Below are positions 49,611-59,847 of a stretch of 64,000 bases of DNA, one piece after another (the first letter of the stretch is position 1; each line of letters begins with the position of its first letter). The DNA comes from Nitrosopumilus sp. (GTDB taxonomy: Archaea > Thermoproteota > Nitrososphaeria > Nitrososphaerales > Nitrosopumilaceae): assembly GCA_965204345.1 (NCBI GenBank), contig OZ241981.1, positions 928,001 to 992,000 on the forward strand, given 5' to 3'. Both the position numbers and the translations under genes were made by a program. The notes under the pieces are model-generated. The model saw nothing but the letters and a program-made list of their open reading frames with translations, was not told the origin of the DNA and made no database searches.

Positions 49611-49787
49611 TTACTTTGCACATATTTTTTGTGCTTGAATAATTACAGTTCGGATATAGTCCTTGGCAGTAGAATCAGTTACTCCCATTTGTTTTGCCTT
49701 CAAATACAGACCAGTTTCTGTGGGGTTTGATAGATAATATTTCAGAAGGTAATTCAGCCTATGTGATCTTTTCTCGTCATTTTTCAT
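49611..49787 (-). CDS. Small 58-aa basic protein, HTH-like
   Basis: MKNDEKRSHRLNYLLKYYLSNPTETGLYLKAKQMGVTDSTAKDYIRTV; CTTTAATA upstream. Confidence 0.65.
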   Translation of the reverse strand: MKNDEKRSHRLNYLLKYYLSNPTETGLYLKAKQMGVTDSTAKDYIRTVIIQAQKICAK

Positions 49788-49907
49788 GTTCTTCCTTTCT
49801 TTTGATATTAAAGAAGGTAAAGGATAATGACATAACCAATCATAGTATCATAAAAATTGCATAAAAACATATGATCTTTTTTAAACAATACGTAAAAAGG
49901 AATTGAA

Positions 49908-50249
49908 ATGAAACGAATTGAGGCAACTATTCAAGGCAACAAAATAGGAGCAGTATCTGATGCAATTAATGATATTGTAGGAGGATTTACAGTTCTGGAA
50001 GGAAACGGTAGAGGCTCTGGTGCAAGGCAAGAGATTAGATCAGGTAGAGGTACAGGTACAATTACTGCAGAATATAACAAAGTTGCAACTGTTAGTACAA
50101 TTGTTGATGATTCAGATGTAGAAAAGATCACAGCGGCAATTGTAGATGCAGCTTATACTGGAAAAGGCGGAGATGGAATTATAATCGTCTCCAATGTCGA
50201 CAGTGTTCTGAACATAGCGTCAAAAAAGAGCGGTTCTGAAGCCCTCTAA
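49908..50249 (+). CDS. P-II family nitrogen regulatory protein
   Basis: MKRIEATI, GRG T-loop and AYTGKGGDGIII motifs. Confidence 0.93.
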   Translation: MKRIEATIQGNKIGAVSDAINDIVGGFTVLEGNGRGSGARQEIRSGRGTGTITAEYNKVATVSTIVDDSDVEKITAAIVDAAYTGKGGDGIIIVSNVDSVLNIASKKSGSEAL

Positions 50250-50412
50250 TCATTTTATTTTATTCAAATGAGGATGATTTTGTAATTTTTAATTTGTTAC
50301 TGAGAGGATTAACTAATATCCTCCTCTCAGTGTGGCGTCCCTTTGGAGGACATGTTTTTGAAGGGATAACTAGTATTGCAATTTGAGTATAAAAGTGAGG
50401 GGTTTTGGGAAG

Positions 50413-50652
50413 TTATTCCTGTCCTTCAATTCCCATCAGTGTCAGCGTTGATCTAATTTTTGGGATTTTTCTGATCTTCCAAGTAATGATTTCACGAAGT
50501 GTTTCTACTTGACTTGATTCAACCTTGACTAGAATATCATATGCTCCAAATGTACCATGCACTTCAACTACGCCCTCTATGGATTTTAACTCCGAGATTA
50601 CTGCCTCCTCAGAGCCTAGCTCACAGTTTATCAGAACATATGCTGTAGCCAA
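50413..50652 (-). CDS. Lrp/AsnC ligand-binding (RAM) domain protein
   Basis: Close paralog of 12285-12524. Confidence 0.9.
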   Translation of the reverse strand: MATAYVLINCELGSEEAVISELKSIEGVVEVHGTFGAYDILVKVESSQVETLREIITWKIRKIPKIRSTLTLMGIEGQE

Positions 50653-50791
50653 TTATAGTCTGACCCCCTTACTCATGCTTAAAATAATATCTTAGAATAT
50701 ATAAGAATAGTTTTGGTTTTTTTTAAAATTTGATATTATTTCTAGCAGTTATATGAACAAACGTTAACTAATATTAAGAAATTCCACGGAT

Positions 50792-51754
50792 TTAAGGCAG
50801 AAGATATGCATCACTCATAATTTTTTCTAATTCTGTGGTGCTAGTTGAAGAGGTAATTTTTGAGCGCAGTTTTGAGCCGCCTCTCATACCCTTTGTGAAT
50901 CGCATTGCCTGGCTTTTGATATTGGCAAACTTGATTTTGTAATTCTCTGTCAGATGTAAATAATTAAAAAAAGAGTCCAATCTATCCCTGAATGAATATT
51001 CATTGTAAGAACCAGTTTTAAGGTAATCATTGATTTGCTCAAATAAAAACGGATTGCCCATGGCGCCACGGCCAATCATTACATAATCACAGTTAGTTTC
51101 ATCAAGCATGGCTTTGGCATCCTCAGGTGTAATGATATCGCCATTTCCCACAATAGGGACATTAGAGACTTGCTTTAATTCTTTAATTAGCTGCCAATCA
51201 GCACTTCCAGAATAACCCTGTTTAACGGTTCTGGGATGCAAGGTGATCATTTCAATTCCCTCATCTTCTGCAATTTCTGCAATATCCCTAAACAAGAATT
51301 TGCTAGCATCAGTTACACCGGAACGAATTTTTAGGGTTACGGGTTTTTTTACTGCACTAACAAGAGTGCTAAAGATTTGCCGTGTTAAGTTAATCTCTTG
51401 TAAGAGGGCGCCACCTGCCATCTGCTGAGTAATATGAGGTGCAGGGCAGCCCATGTTATAATCAATCATATCAAAATAAGGTTCAACAATTTTAGCTGCC
51501 TGCTCTAATGCAGGCAAATTAGAACCAAACAATTGAATTGACAAAGGTCGCTCTTGATCAGAATATTCAATGAACTGCTGTATTGTTTGCATTTTTTCTT
51601 TGAGTTGGTTTGCCTTGGCAATTATGCTATGAATGCTAGTAAATTCTGTAACCACCAATCCAGCCCCCATTTGCTTACATTGTAATCGTAATGCAGGATC
51701 GCTAACTCCTGCCATCGGGGCCAAAAACGCCCTACTGCTAAACTTTGGAAGCAT
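50792..51754 (-). CDS. tRNA-dihydrouridine synthase (Dus family)
   Basis: LAPMAGVSD, QLFG, NMGCP, LHPRT, GNGDI and MIGRG motifs. Confidence 0.93.
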   Translation of the reverse strand: MLPKFSSRAFLAPMAGVSDPALRLQCKQMGAGLVVTEFTSIHSIIAKANQLKEKMQTIQQFIEYSDQERPLSIQLFGSNLPALEQAAKIVEPYFDMIDYNMGCPAPHITQQMAGGALLQEINLTRQIFSTLVSAVKKPVTLKIRSGVTDASKFLFRDIAEIAEDEGIEMITLHPRTVKQGYSGSADWQLIKELKQVSNVPIVGNGDIITPEDAKAMLDETNCDYVMIGRGAMGNPFLFEQINDYLKTGSYNEYSFRDRLDSFFNYLHLTENYKIKFANIKSQAMRFTKGMRGGSKLRSKITSSTSTTELEKIMSDAYLLP

Positions 51755-51809
51755 GGAATAATTTTGTTACTTGAATATATTTACCATATCAAAAATATAC
51801 ACGTGATTA

Positions 51810-53984
51810 CTAGGTGTCTGGGCAGCCATCAGTGTCTAGGTCACCGTCATAATCCTCAGGTTCTAGGGGACACGAGTCTTCATCATTGATTATACCGTCT
51901 AAATCATCATCGTGAGCAAATCTTTGTTGTTCTGGGGCAGTGTCAGGGCAGCCGTCATGATCATTATACTTGTTCCAGGTTTCAGGAATTGCCGGACAAG
52001 AGTCAGTCGTATCATAATAGCCATCGCCATCAGAGTCAAATTTTGTCGGTGCCATTGACTGGGCAGCTAATACGTCTGGGCAGCCGTCCCAGTCCAGATA
52101 TCCATTATAATTCTCAGACTCGTCAATACATGCATCCTTTCGATCATCAATTCTGTCACCATCAGAATCGGCAAATATGTATGATGAAGGTATGGCCGAA
52201 CGAGTCAAGTCAGGGCAGCCGTCATCATCTTGGAACATATTATAGATTTCAGGTTCTAGGGGACATGCATCGGAGACATCTGTAATGCCATCCATGTCAG
52301 AATCAAGTGTAAGTGTAAATTGGTCAGGGCAGCCGTCCTCATCTAAAATATCATTGAACGTTTCAGGCTGGGTTGGGCAGGAATCTAAAACATCCGGAAT
52401 ACGATCGCCATCAGAGTCTGCTGTACGTTTGTTGTCTGCTATAGAGTCTGGGCAGCCGTCATCATCTTGGAATCTATTGTAAGTTTCTTTGAGAGAGGGA
52501 CAATCATCAACATTATCAGTTATGCCATCCAAATCAGCATCTCCAAGGGAATCATATTCTACAGAGTCTGGGCAGCCGTCATCATCTTGGAATCCATTAT
52601 ATCTTTCAGCTAGTGCTGGACACATATCATAGTCATCTGGAATATAGTCGTAATCAGAGTCAGCTAATGCGGATTTGAAGAAGCCAGACACGTCTGGGCA
52701 GCCGTCCTTGTCTAAAAAGTCATTATAGTTTTCTGGCTCATCAATGCATTGATCCCACCTATCATCGATGCCATCGCCATCAGCATCTGGGAATTGATAT
52801 GAAGAAAGAATTGAATCAGTAGAATCTGGGCAGCCGTCCTCATCTTGGAACTTGTTATAGGTTTCAGGTTCTAGCATACATGCATCAGAGACATTCGGAA
52901 TGCCATCCATGTCAGTGTCTAGGTCTGATGAGAATTTGTCAGGGCAGCCGTCCTCATCTAAAATATTATTGAACGTTTCAGGCTGGTTTGGACAATGATC
53001 TATGTTATCAACAATGCCATCACCATCAGAGTCTGAAGTACGTTTGTTGTCTGCTATAGAGTCTGGGCAGCCGTCCTCATCTTGGAACTTGTTAAATGTT
53101 TCCAAGATAAACGGACAAAAGTCATTTTGATCTAAAATGCCGTCATTGTCAGCATCACGGACAAGTAAAAATTCAATTTTCTCTGGGCAGCCGTCGCTGT
53201 CTTGGAACTTGTTAAAATTTTCACGATCAAACGGACAAGAATCCACAGAATCTGGAATAGAATCATAATCAGAGTCAGCTAATGCGGATTTGGAGAAGCC
53301 AGACACGTCTGGGCAGCCGTCCTCATCTAAAAAGTCATTATAGTTTTCTGGCTCATCAATGCACTGATCCCACCTATCATCGATGCCATCGCCATCAGCG
53401 TCTGGGAAATTATACTGTGAACTAGTTGAATCATCAACATCTGGGCAGCCGTCATCATCTTGGAACTTGTTATATTTTTCAGGTTCTAGGGGACATGCAT
53501 CTAAAGAATCAGAGATGCCGTCCTGATCACTGTCCATTAGATTCAAAGTATTGTCAGGGCAGCCGTCCTTATCATCAACCCCATTGAACGTTTCAGGCTG
53601 GTTTGGACAGGAATCCAAAAAGTCAGGATAACCATCAGCATCAGAGTCTGCAATATTCTTTGTGTTATCAGGTGACAGGTCTGAGCAGCCGTCCTCATCT
53701 TGGAACTTGTTATATGTTTCTTTTACAGTTGGACAATCATCAACATGATCCTGAATGCCGTCATAATCAGCATCATACCATGGAACAAAATCTGCAGGAC
53801 AGCCGTCTATGTTATCGCCATATTCTAAATCATAATCCTCTAAAAGATGAGGGCAGAAATCAATATCGTCTGGCACCCCATCACCATCAGAGTCAATTTC
53901 TTGATTGGCAAAGGCACCGTTTGGCATCATACCAACAGTGGATGTAAGCAAAAGCAAAAAGCCTAAAAGATATTGTTTTTTCAT
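51810..53984 (-). CDS. Secreted thrombospondin type 3 repeat (Ca-binding) protein, 17 units
   Basis: Signal peptide plus DxDxDGIxDxxDxCP...DGCPD repeats. Confidence 0.9.
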   Translation of the reverse strand: MKKQYLLGFLLLLTSTVGMMPNGAFANQEIDSDGDGVPDDIDFCPHLLEDYDLEYGDNIDGCPADFVPWYDADYDGIQDHVDDCPTVKETYNKFQDEDGCSDLSPDNTKNIADSDADGYPDFLDSCPNQPETFNGVDDKDGCPDNTLNLMDSDQDGISDSLDACPLEPEKYNKFQDDDGCPDVDDSTSSQYNFPDADGDGIDDRWDQCIDEPENYNDFLDEDGCPDVSGFSKSALADSDYDSIPDSVDSCPFDRENFNKFQDSDGCPEKIEFLLVRDADNDGILDQNDFCPFILETFNKFQDEDGCPDSIADNKRTSDSDGDGIVDNIDHCPNQPETFNNILDEDGCPDKFSSDLDTDMDGIPNVSDACMLEPETYNKFQDEDGCPDSTDSILSSYQFPDADGDGIDDRWDQCIDEPENYNDFLDKDGCPDVSGFFKSALADSDYDYIPDDYDMCPALAERYNGFQDDDGCPDSVEYDSLGDADLDGITDNVDDCPSLKETYNRFQDDDGCPDSIADNKRTADSDGDRIPDVLDSCPTQPETFNDILDEDGCPDQFTLTLDSDMDGITDVSDACPLEPEIYNMFQDDDGCPDLTRSAIPSSYIFADSDGDRIDDRKDACIDESENYNGYLDWDGCPDVLAAQSMAPTKFDSDGDGYYDTTDSCPAIPETWNKYNDHDGCPDTAPEQQRFAHDDDLDGIINDEDSCPLEPEDYDGDLDTDGCPDT

Positions 53985-54059
53985 CTCTCTCTGATTCCGC
54001 TATTATCAAGTATTTATTAAGTCTCACGCTAAATTGGTTCTTCTTAAAGTAAGGACAGA

Positions 54060-56231
54060 TTATGGATCTGGACAGCCGTCTAGATCTTGGTCACCATCAT
54101 AATCCTCAGGTTCTAGGGGACACAAGTCTTTGTCATCGATTATACCGTCTAAATCATCATCGTGAGCAAATCTTTGTTGTTCTGGGGCAGTGTCAGGGCA
54201 GCCGTCATGATCATTATACTTGTTCCAGGTTTCTGGAGTTGTTGGACATAAGTCAGTCGTATCAGGATATCCATCAGCATCACTGTCTCCATAAATAGGA
54301 ACTGTAGACTGTGCGCCTAGAATATCTGGGCAGCCGTCCTTGTCTAAAAAGTCATTATAGTTTTCTGGCTCATCAATGCACTGATCCCACCTATCATCGA
54401 TGCCATCGCCATCAGCGTCTGGGAAGTAATATTGTGATCTAACTGAATCATCGACATCTGGGCAGCCGTCATCATCTTGGAACTTGTTATATTTTTCAGG
54501 TTCTAGCGGACATGCATCAAAGATATCTGGAATGCCATCACTGTCAGAGTCTAGGTTTGATGTGAACTGGTCTGGGCAGCCGTCCTTGTCTAAATAATCA
54601 TTGAAGATTTCAGGCTGGGTCGGACACAGGTCAATGACATCTGGAATGCCATCACTGTCAGTATCAGAAGTAAGTTTGTTGTCTGCTATATAGTCTGGGC
54701 AGCCGTCATCATCTTGGAATTTATTGTAAGTTTCAGGAACTAAAGGACACTGATCCAGATGATCATAAATTCCGTCACCATCAGAATCTCCAACTGTTTG
54801 ATAATCAATACCATCAGGACATCCGTCAGCGTCTTGGAATTTATTGTACCTTTCAGCCAATGTCGGACATTGATCCAGATGATCAACTAATCCATCATAA
54901 TCAGAATCTAATGCTTCAGACAATGTAACACCTGGAATATCTGGGCAGCCGTCCCTGTCTAAAAAGTCATTATAGTTTTCTGGCTCATCAATGCACTGAT
55001 CCCACCTATCATCGATGCCATCGCCATCAGCGTCAGGAAATTCATATAAAGAAAGAATTGAATCATCGACATCTGGGCAGCCGTCATCATCTTGGAACAT
55101 ATTATAGATTTCGGGTTCTAGTATACATGCATCAGAGACATTCGGAATGCCATCCATGTCAGTGTCTAGGTTTGATGAGAACTGGTCTGGGCAGCCGTCA
55201 TCATCTAAAATGCCATTAAAGATTTCAGATTGGTTTGGACAATGATCTATGTTATCAGCAATGCCATCACCATCAGAGTCTGAAGTACGTTTGTTGTCTG
55301 CTATAGAATCTGGGCAGCCGTCATCATCTTGGAACTGGTTATATGTTTCAAGACTAAACGGACAAGAGTCATTTTGATCTAAAATCCCGTCATTGTCAGC
55401 ATCACCGGTGATCTTGAATTTTAACATGTCAGGACAGCCATCGCCGTCTTGGAACTTGTTAAAATTTTCACGATCAAACGGACAAGAATCCACAGAATCT
55501 GGAATTCCATCATAATCAGAATCTAATGCTTCAGGCAAAGTAACACCTGGAATATCTGGGCAGCCGTCCCTGTCTAAAAAGTCATTATAGTTTTCTGGCT
55601 CATCAATGCACTGATCCCACCTATCATCGATGCCATCGCCATCAGCGTCTGGGAAATTATACTGTGAACTAGTTGAATCATCGACATCTGGGCAGCCGTC
55701 ATCGTCTTGGAACTTGTTGTATTTTTCAGGTTCTAGGGGACATGCATCTAAAGAATCAGAGATGCCGTCCTGATCACTGTCCATTAGATTCAAAGTATTG
55801 TCAGGACAGCCGTCCTTATCATCAACACCATTGAACGTTTCAGGCTGGTTTGGACAGGAATCCAAAAAGTCAGGATATCCATCAGCATCAGAGTCTGCAA
55901 TATTCTTTGTGTTATAAGGTGACAGGTCTGGGCAGCCGTCATCGTCTTGGAACTTGTTGTATGTTTCTTTTACAGTTGGACAATCATCAACATGGTCCTG
56001 AATGCCGTCATAATCAGCATCATACCATGGAACAAAATCTGCAGGACAGCCGTCTATGTTATCACCATATTCTAAATCATAATCCTCTAAAAGATGAGGG
56101 CAGAAATCAAGATTGTTTGGCACACCATCACCATCAGAGTCAATTTCTTGAGTGGCAAGGACACCGTTTGGCATCATACCAACAGTGGATGTAAGCAAAA
56201 GCAAAAAGCCTAAAAGATATTGTTTTTTCAT
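54060..56231 (-). CDS. Secreted thrombospondin type 3 repeat protein, 17 units (paralog of the adjacent gene)
   Basis: Same repeats; N- and C-termini are nearly identical to 51810-53984. Confidence 0.9.
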   Translation of the reverse strand: MKKQYLLGFLLLLTSTVGMMPNGVLATQEIDSDGDGVPNNLDFCPHLLEDYDLEYGDNIDGCPADFVPWYDADYDGIQDHVDDCPTVKETYNKFQDDDGCPDLSPYNTKNIADSDADGYPDFLDSCPNQPETFNGVDDKDGCPDNTLNLMDSDQDGISDSLDACPLEPEKYNKFQDDDGCPDVDDSTSSQYNFPDADGDGIDDRWDQCIDEPENYNDFLDRDGCPDIPGVTLPEALDSDYDGIPDSVDSCPFDRENFNKFQDGDGCPDMLKFKITGDADNDGILDQNDSCPFSLETYNQFQDDDGCPDSIADNKRTSDSDGDGIADNIDHCPNQSEIFNGILDDDGCPDQFSSNLDTDMDGIPNVSDACILEPEIYNMFQDDDGCPDVDDSILSLYEFPDADGDGIDDRWDQCIDEPENYNDFLDRDGCPDIPGVTLSEALDSDYDGLVDHLDQCPTLAERYNKFQDADGCPDGIDYQTVGDSDGDGIYDHLDQCPLVPETYNKFQDDDGCPDYIADNKLTSDTDSDGIPDVIDLCPTQPEIFNDYLDKDGCPDQFTSNLDSDSDGIPDIFDACPLEPEKYNKFQDDDGCPDVDDSVRSQYYFPDADGDGIDDRWDQCIDEPENYNDFLDKDGCPDILGAQSTVPIYGDSDADGYPDTTDLCPTTPETWNKYNDHDGCPDTAPEQQRFAHDDDLDGIIDDKDLCPLEPEDYDGDQDLDGCPDP

Positions 56232-56243
56232 TCTAAGATACTC

Positions 56244-58679
56244 CTAAGGATCAGGGCAGCCGTCAGCATCTCTATCACCATCATAATCTTCAGGTTCTAG
56301 AGGACACGCATCATATTCATTAATTATATCATCTAAATCAGCATCATGCTTGTATCTTGATTGCTCTGGAACAATATCTGGGCAGCCGTCATGATCATTA
56401 TACTTGTTCCAAGACTCTTTTTCATTTGGACACAAATCAATTTCATCATCAATGCCATCATCATCACTATCAATTACAACATCTCCAATAGGTAAAATAT
56501 CTGGGCAGCCGTCATAATCTACATATCTATTCCAAACTTCATCTTGGTTCGGACATATATCCATCACATCTGGGACACCATCACCATCACTGTCTGGTTG
56601 GGTATCATCAACATCTGGACAGCCGTCCTCATCTTGGATGCCATTATAGTTTTCAGCAACTAGAGGGCAATCATCATAAACATTATGAATTCCGTCATTG
56701 TCTGAATCAATCACATGTGATTCAGATATGGTATCAGGGCAGCCGTCCTCATCTTGGAACTTGTTATATGTTTCCTTTGCAGTTGGACATGCATCAATTC
56801 CATATGGAATTCCATCTAAATCTCTATCGTGTTGTAAAGTGTAATTATCAGGACAGCCGTCTAGATCAAGGATATCATTGAATGTTTCAGGCTGGTTTGG
56901 ACAATTATCATCAAAGTCATTAATTCCGTCATTGTCTGAATCTGGAGTATCTTTGTTATCAGCCACAAAGTCGGGGCAGCCGTCATCATCTTGGAATTTA
57001 TTGTATGTTTCCTTAACTTGAGGGCATTGATCAAGTTCATCAACTATTCCATCAAAGTCCGTATCTAAAGTTGTGGTAAACTCTGGATGATCTGGGCAGC
57101 CGTCATCATCTTGGAAGCCATTGTAAGTTTCACGATCAAGGACGCATTCATCTAGGGAATCAACTATTCCATCAAAGTCAGAATCAGTATCAGATGGATC
57201 ATCTGGGCAGCCGTCATTATCCTGATAACGATTCCAGGTTTCCGGAGTAGAAGGGCATTGATCTAAGGTATCCCTAATTCCGTCATCATCAGAATCTAAC
57301 ACAAGAACATCTGGGCAGCCGTCCTCATCATTATAGCCATTTAATGTCTCTGGTTCTAATGGACACTTGTCATTCAAATCAATAATACCATCAGCATCAT
57401 AATCTGAGTTAAACAATCCAAACACCGTGTCAGGGCAGCCGTCATCATCTTGGAATTTATTGTAGGTTTCCTTAGCAGTTGGACACAAATCTAAACTATC
57501 AACTATGCCATCAGAGTCTCTATCAAAGGGAGAATCTGTGTCAGGACAGCCGTCTCGATCAAAGACACCATTGAACGTTTCAGGTTGGTTTGGGCACAAG
57601 TCTGAAAAATCATTAATTCCATCATTGTCTGAATCTGGTGTATCTTTGTTATCAGTTACAAAGTCGGGGCAGCCGTCATTATCTTGGAATTTATTATAAG
57701 TCTCTTTAACTTGAGGGCATTGATCAACGGTATCAAAAATTCCATCAAGGTCAGAATCGACATCGCCTGAATAAGGAGGAATGTCAGGACAGCCGTCATT
57801 ATCCAAGTATCCATTGTATCGTTCTGGCTTTAATGGACACTCATCATCAATATCAAATATCCTATCACCATCTGCATCATTTTGTGTACCATCAAAAGAT
57901 TGTATTGTATCAGGGCAGCCGTCATAATCAGCAAATTGATTAAAAGTTTCAGGATTATCAGGACAAATATCAAATTGATCAGCGATTCCATCATCGTCTA
58001 AATCACTAAATGAAGAATCAAGTGCAACATCAGGGCAGCCGTCAGTGTCTTTGTAATCATTGTACACCTCAGGCTCTGTTATACAAAAATCAACTTTGTC
58101 TTGAATACCATCATTGTCAGTATCAACAAAAGCAAAATCGTTTACAGAATCAGGGCAGCCGTCCTCATCTTCGAACTTGTTGTAGGTTTCAGGATTAAGT
58201 GGACATTCATCTGCAAAGTCTGAGACTCCGTCCAAGTCCCTATCGCCAGAACCATATGAATCCGGACAGCCGTCTCGATCAAGTATACCATTGAATGTTT
58301 CAGGTTGGTTTGGGCACAAGTCCACCAGATCAATAAAACCGTCACTGTCCGAATCAGATGCGCCACCTTTTCCGCTTCCGGGAATGGTATCAGGGCAGCC
58401 GTCTAGATCCTCAAATTTATTATAATTCTCTTTAAGATTTGGACACTGATCAATATGATCCTCTATTCCATCATAATCCTCATCATACCATGGAACAAAG
58501 TTTGACGGACACCCATCTATCGTACTTTCATAATCTTCTTGCAAATTAGGACACATATCTATGAAATCCTCAACTCCATCTTTGTCCAGGTCATCAGCGG
58601 CAAAAGCTGGATTAATAGGCATACTAGTTAAGGTAGTTACAAGCAACAACAGAAATGATAAATAGTGTATTTTTTTCAA
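56244..58679 (-). CDS. Secreted thrombospondin type 3 repeat protein, 20 units
   Basis: Signal peptide plus repeats; a more divergent paralog. Confidence 0.9.
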   Translation of the reverse strand: MKKIHYLSFLLLLVTTLTSMPINPAFAADDLDKDGVEDFIDMCPNLQEDYESTIDGCPSNFVPWYDEDYDGIEDHIDQCPNLKENYNKFEDLDGCPDTIPGSGKGGASDSDSDGFIDLVDLCPNQPETFNGILDRDGCPDSYGSGDRDLDGVSDFADECPLNPETYNKFEDEDGCPDSVNDFAFVDTDNDGIQDKVDFCITEPEVYNDYKDTDGCPDVALDSSFSDLDDDGIADQFDICPDNPETFNQFADYDGCPDTIQSFDGTQNDADGDRIFDIDDECPLKPERYNGYLDNDGCPDIPPYSGDVDSDLDGIFDTVDQCPQVKETYNKFQDNDGCPDFVTDNKDTPDSDNDGINDFSDLCPNQPETFNGVFDRDGCPDTDSPFDRDSDGIVDSLDLCPTAKETYNKFQDDDGCPDTVFGLFNSDYDADGIIDLNDKCPLEPETLNGYNDEDGCPDVLVLDSDDDGIRDTLDQCPSTPETWNRYQDNDGCPDDPSDTDSDFDGIVDSLDECVLDRETYNGFQDDDGCPDHPEFTTTLDTDFDGIVDELDQCPQVKETYNKFQDDDGCPDFVADNKDTPDSDNDGINDFDDNCPNQPETFNDILDLDGCPDNYTLQHDRDLDGIPYGIDACPTAKETYNKFQDEDGCPDTISESHVIDSDNDGIHNVYDDCPLVAENYNGIQDEDGCPDVDDTQPDSDGDGVPDVMDICPNQDEVWNRYVDYDGCPDILPIGDVVIDSDDDGIDDEIDLCPNEKESWNKYNDHDGCPDIVPEQSRYKHDADLDDIINEYDACPLEPEDYDGDRDADGCPDP

Positions 58680-58818
58680 TGCCTAAAATTACCTTGAGGA
58701 TCCAGTTATTAAACCTCACTCTACAAAGAGCTGAAAATATCATTCAGTATTAGGCAAAGTTTCCATGTTGGACAAAAAACACGAACAATTTAAGTAAACC
58801 ATAGCACGATCTGAACCT

Positions 58819-59847
58819 ATGAGCTGTTCTGGGGAAACCGTGGAGGAGAAGGAGGAACTGATCCAGATCAGGCCTGCTGTATCTGCGCAGTTAAAAAAAG
58901 CAAAGTATGGGGTAGCTGACCATTCAACGGTAGGACTCTGCCATTGGACAAAAAAATCATTCAAGCATGAAGGAAGTTGCTACAAACACAAGTTTTATGG
59001 AATTTCAACCCACAGGTGCATGGAATTTTCCCCTGCAGGAATGTATTGTGAAAACAGATGTGTGTATTGCTGGAGACCAATGGAATTTTATGATTCAATG
59101 CAAATGGAGCCAGAACAGGTGGCAGAGCCAGAGCAAATTTTAACAAAATTGATGGCCGAAAGAAAAAAACTAATCAACGGATTCTATGGAGATTCAAGAA
59201 ACGACAAGCAAAGACTGGATGAATCACTATTGCCTGCCCACTATGCAATTTCACTTTCCGGAGAACCTACAATGTATCCAAAACTGCCAGAATTAATAAA
59301 GTATCTAAAGACACTAGAAGCAACAAAATCAATTTTTCTTGTAACTAACGGACAGGAACCGGACATGATTCAGAGATTACAAGACGAAGATGCATTGCCA
59401 ACACAGCTGTATCTGTCAACTAATGCCGCAGACTATGAGTCATTTATGAGAATAAACAAACCAAGATATGATGATTCGTGGGAAAGATGGAACAAAACAC
59501 TTGACATGCTAAAAAGTTTGGATACAAGAACGGTGTTAAGAATTACACTGATTAGAGACTACAATGATCATAAGGAATCAATACCGGCTTTTGCAAAGAT
59601 GTTCAGAGAAGCAAGTCCGCATTTTATAGAGATTAAATCATACATGCACATTGGACGTTCAACTAACAGATTAGAGCATGAAAACATGTTAGAAATGCAG
59701 GAGATAAGAAAATTCAGCCAAGAGATAGCAAAACAAAGTGAGATGTTCTCGGTGATGGACGAGAGTATTGTTTCAAGAATATCAATACTGCAAAATAACA
59801 GACGGCATACTGATCGTTTTATTTCTGCTTGTGCAAATACCACTTAG
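58819..59847 (+). CDS. taw1: 4-demethylwyosine synthase TYW1/Taw1 (radical SAM)
   Basis: CHWTK, CYKHKFYGI, CENRCVYC and SLSGEPT motifs. Confidence 0.93.
   Translation: MSCSGETVEEKEELIQIRPAVSAQLKKAKYGVADHSTVGLCHWTKKSFKHEGSCYKHKFYGISTHRCMEFSPAGMYCENRCVYCWRPMEFYDSMQMEPEQVAEPEQILTKLMAERKKLINGFYGDSRNDKQRLDESLLPAHYAISLSGEPTMYPKLPELIKYLKTLEATKSIFLVTNGQEPDMIQRLQDEDALPTQLYLSTNAADYESFMRINKPRYDDSWERWNKTLDMLKSLDTRTVLRITLIRDYNDHKESIPAFAKMFREASPHFIEIKSYMHIGRSTNRLEHENMLEMQEIRKFSQEIAKQSEMFSVMDESIVSRISILQNNRRHTDRFISACANTT

Noticed and set aside
51810-58679. TSP3 array as a CRISPR array or diversity-generating retroelement
   Set aside because: The repeats are in-frame coding units. There is no reverse transcriptase in the window, and I saw no adenine-specific template/variable repeat pair.
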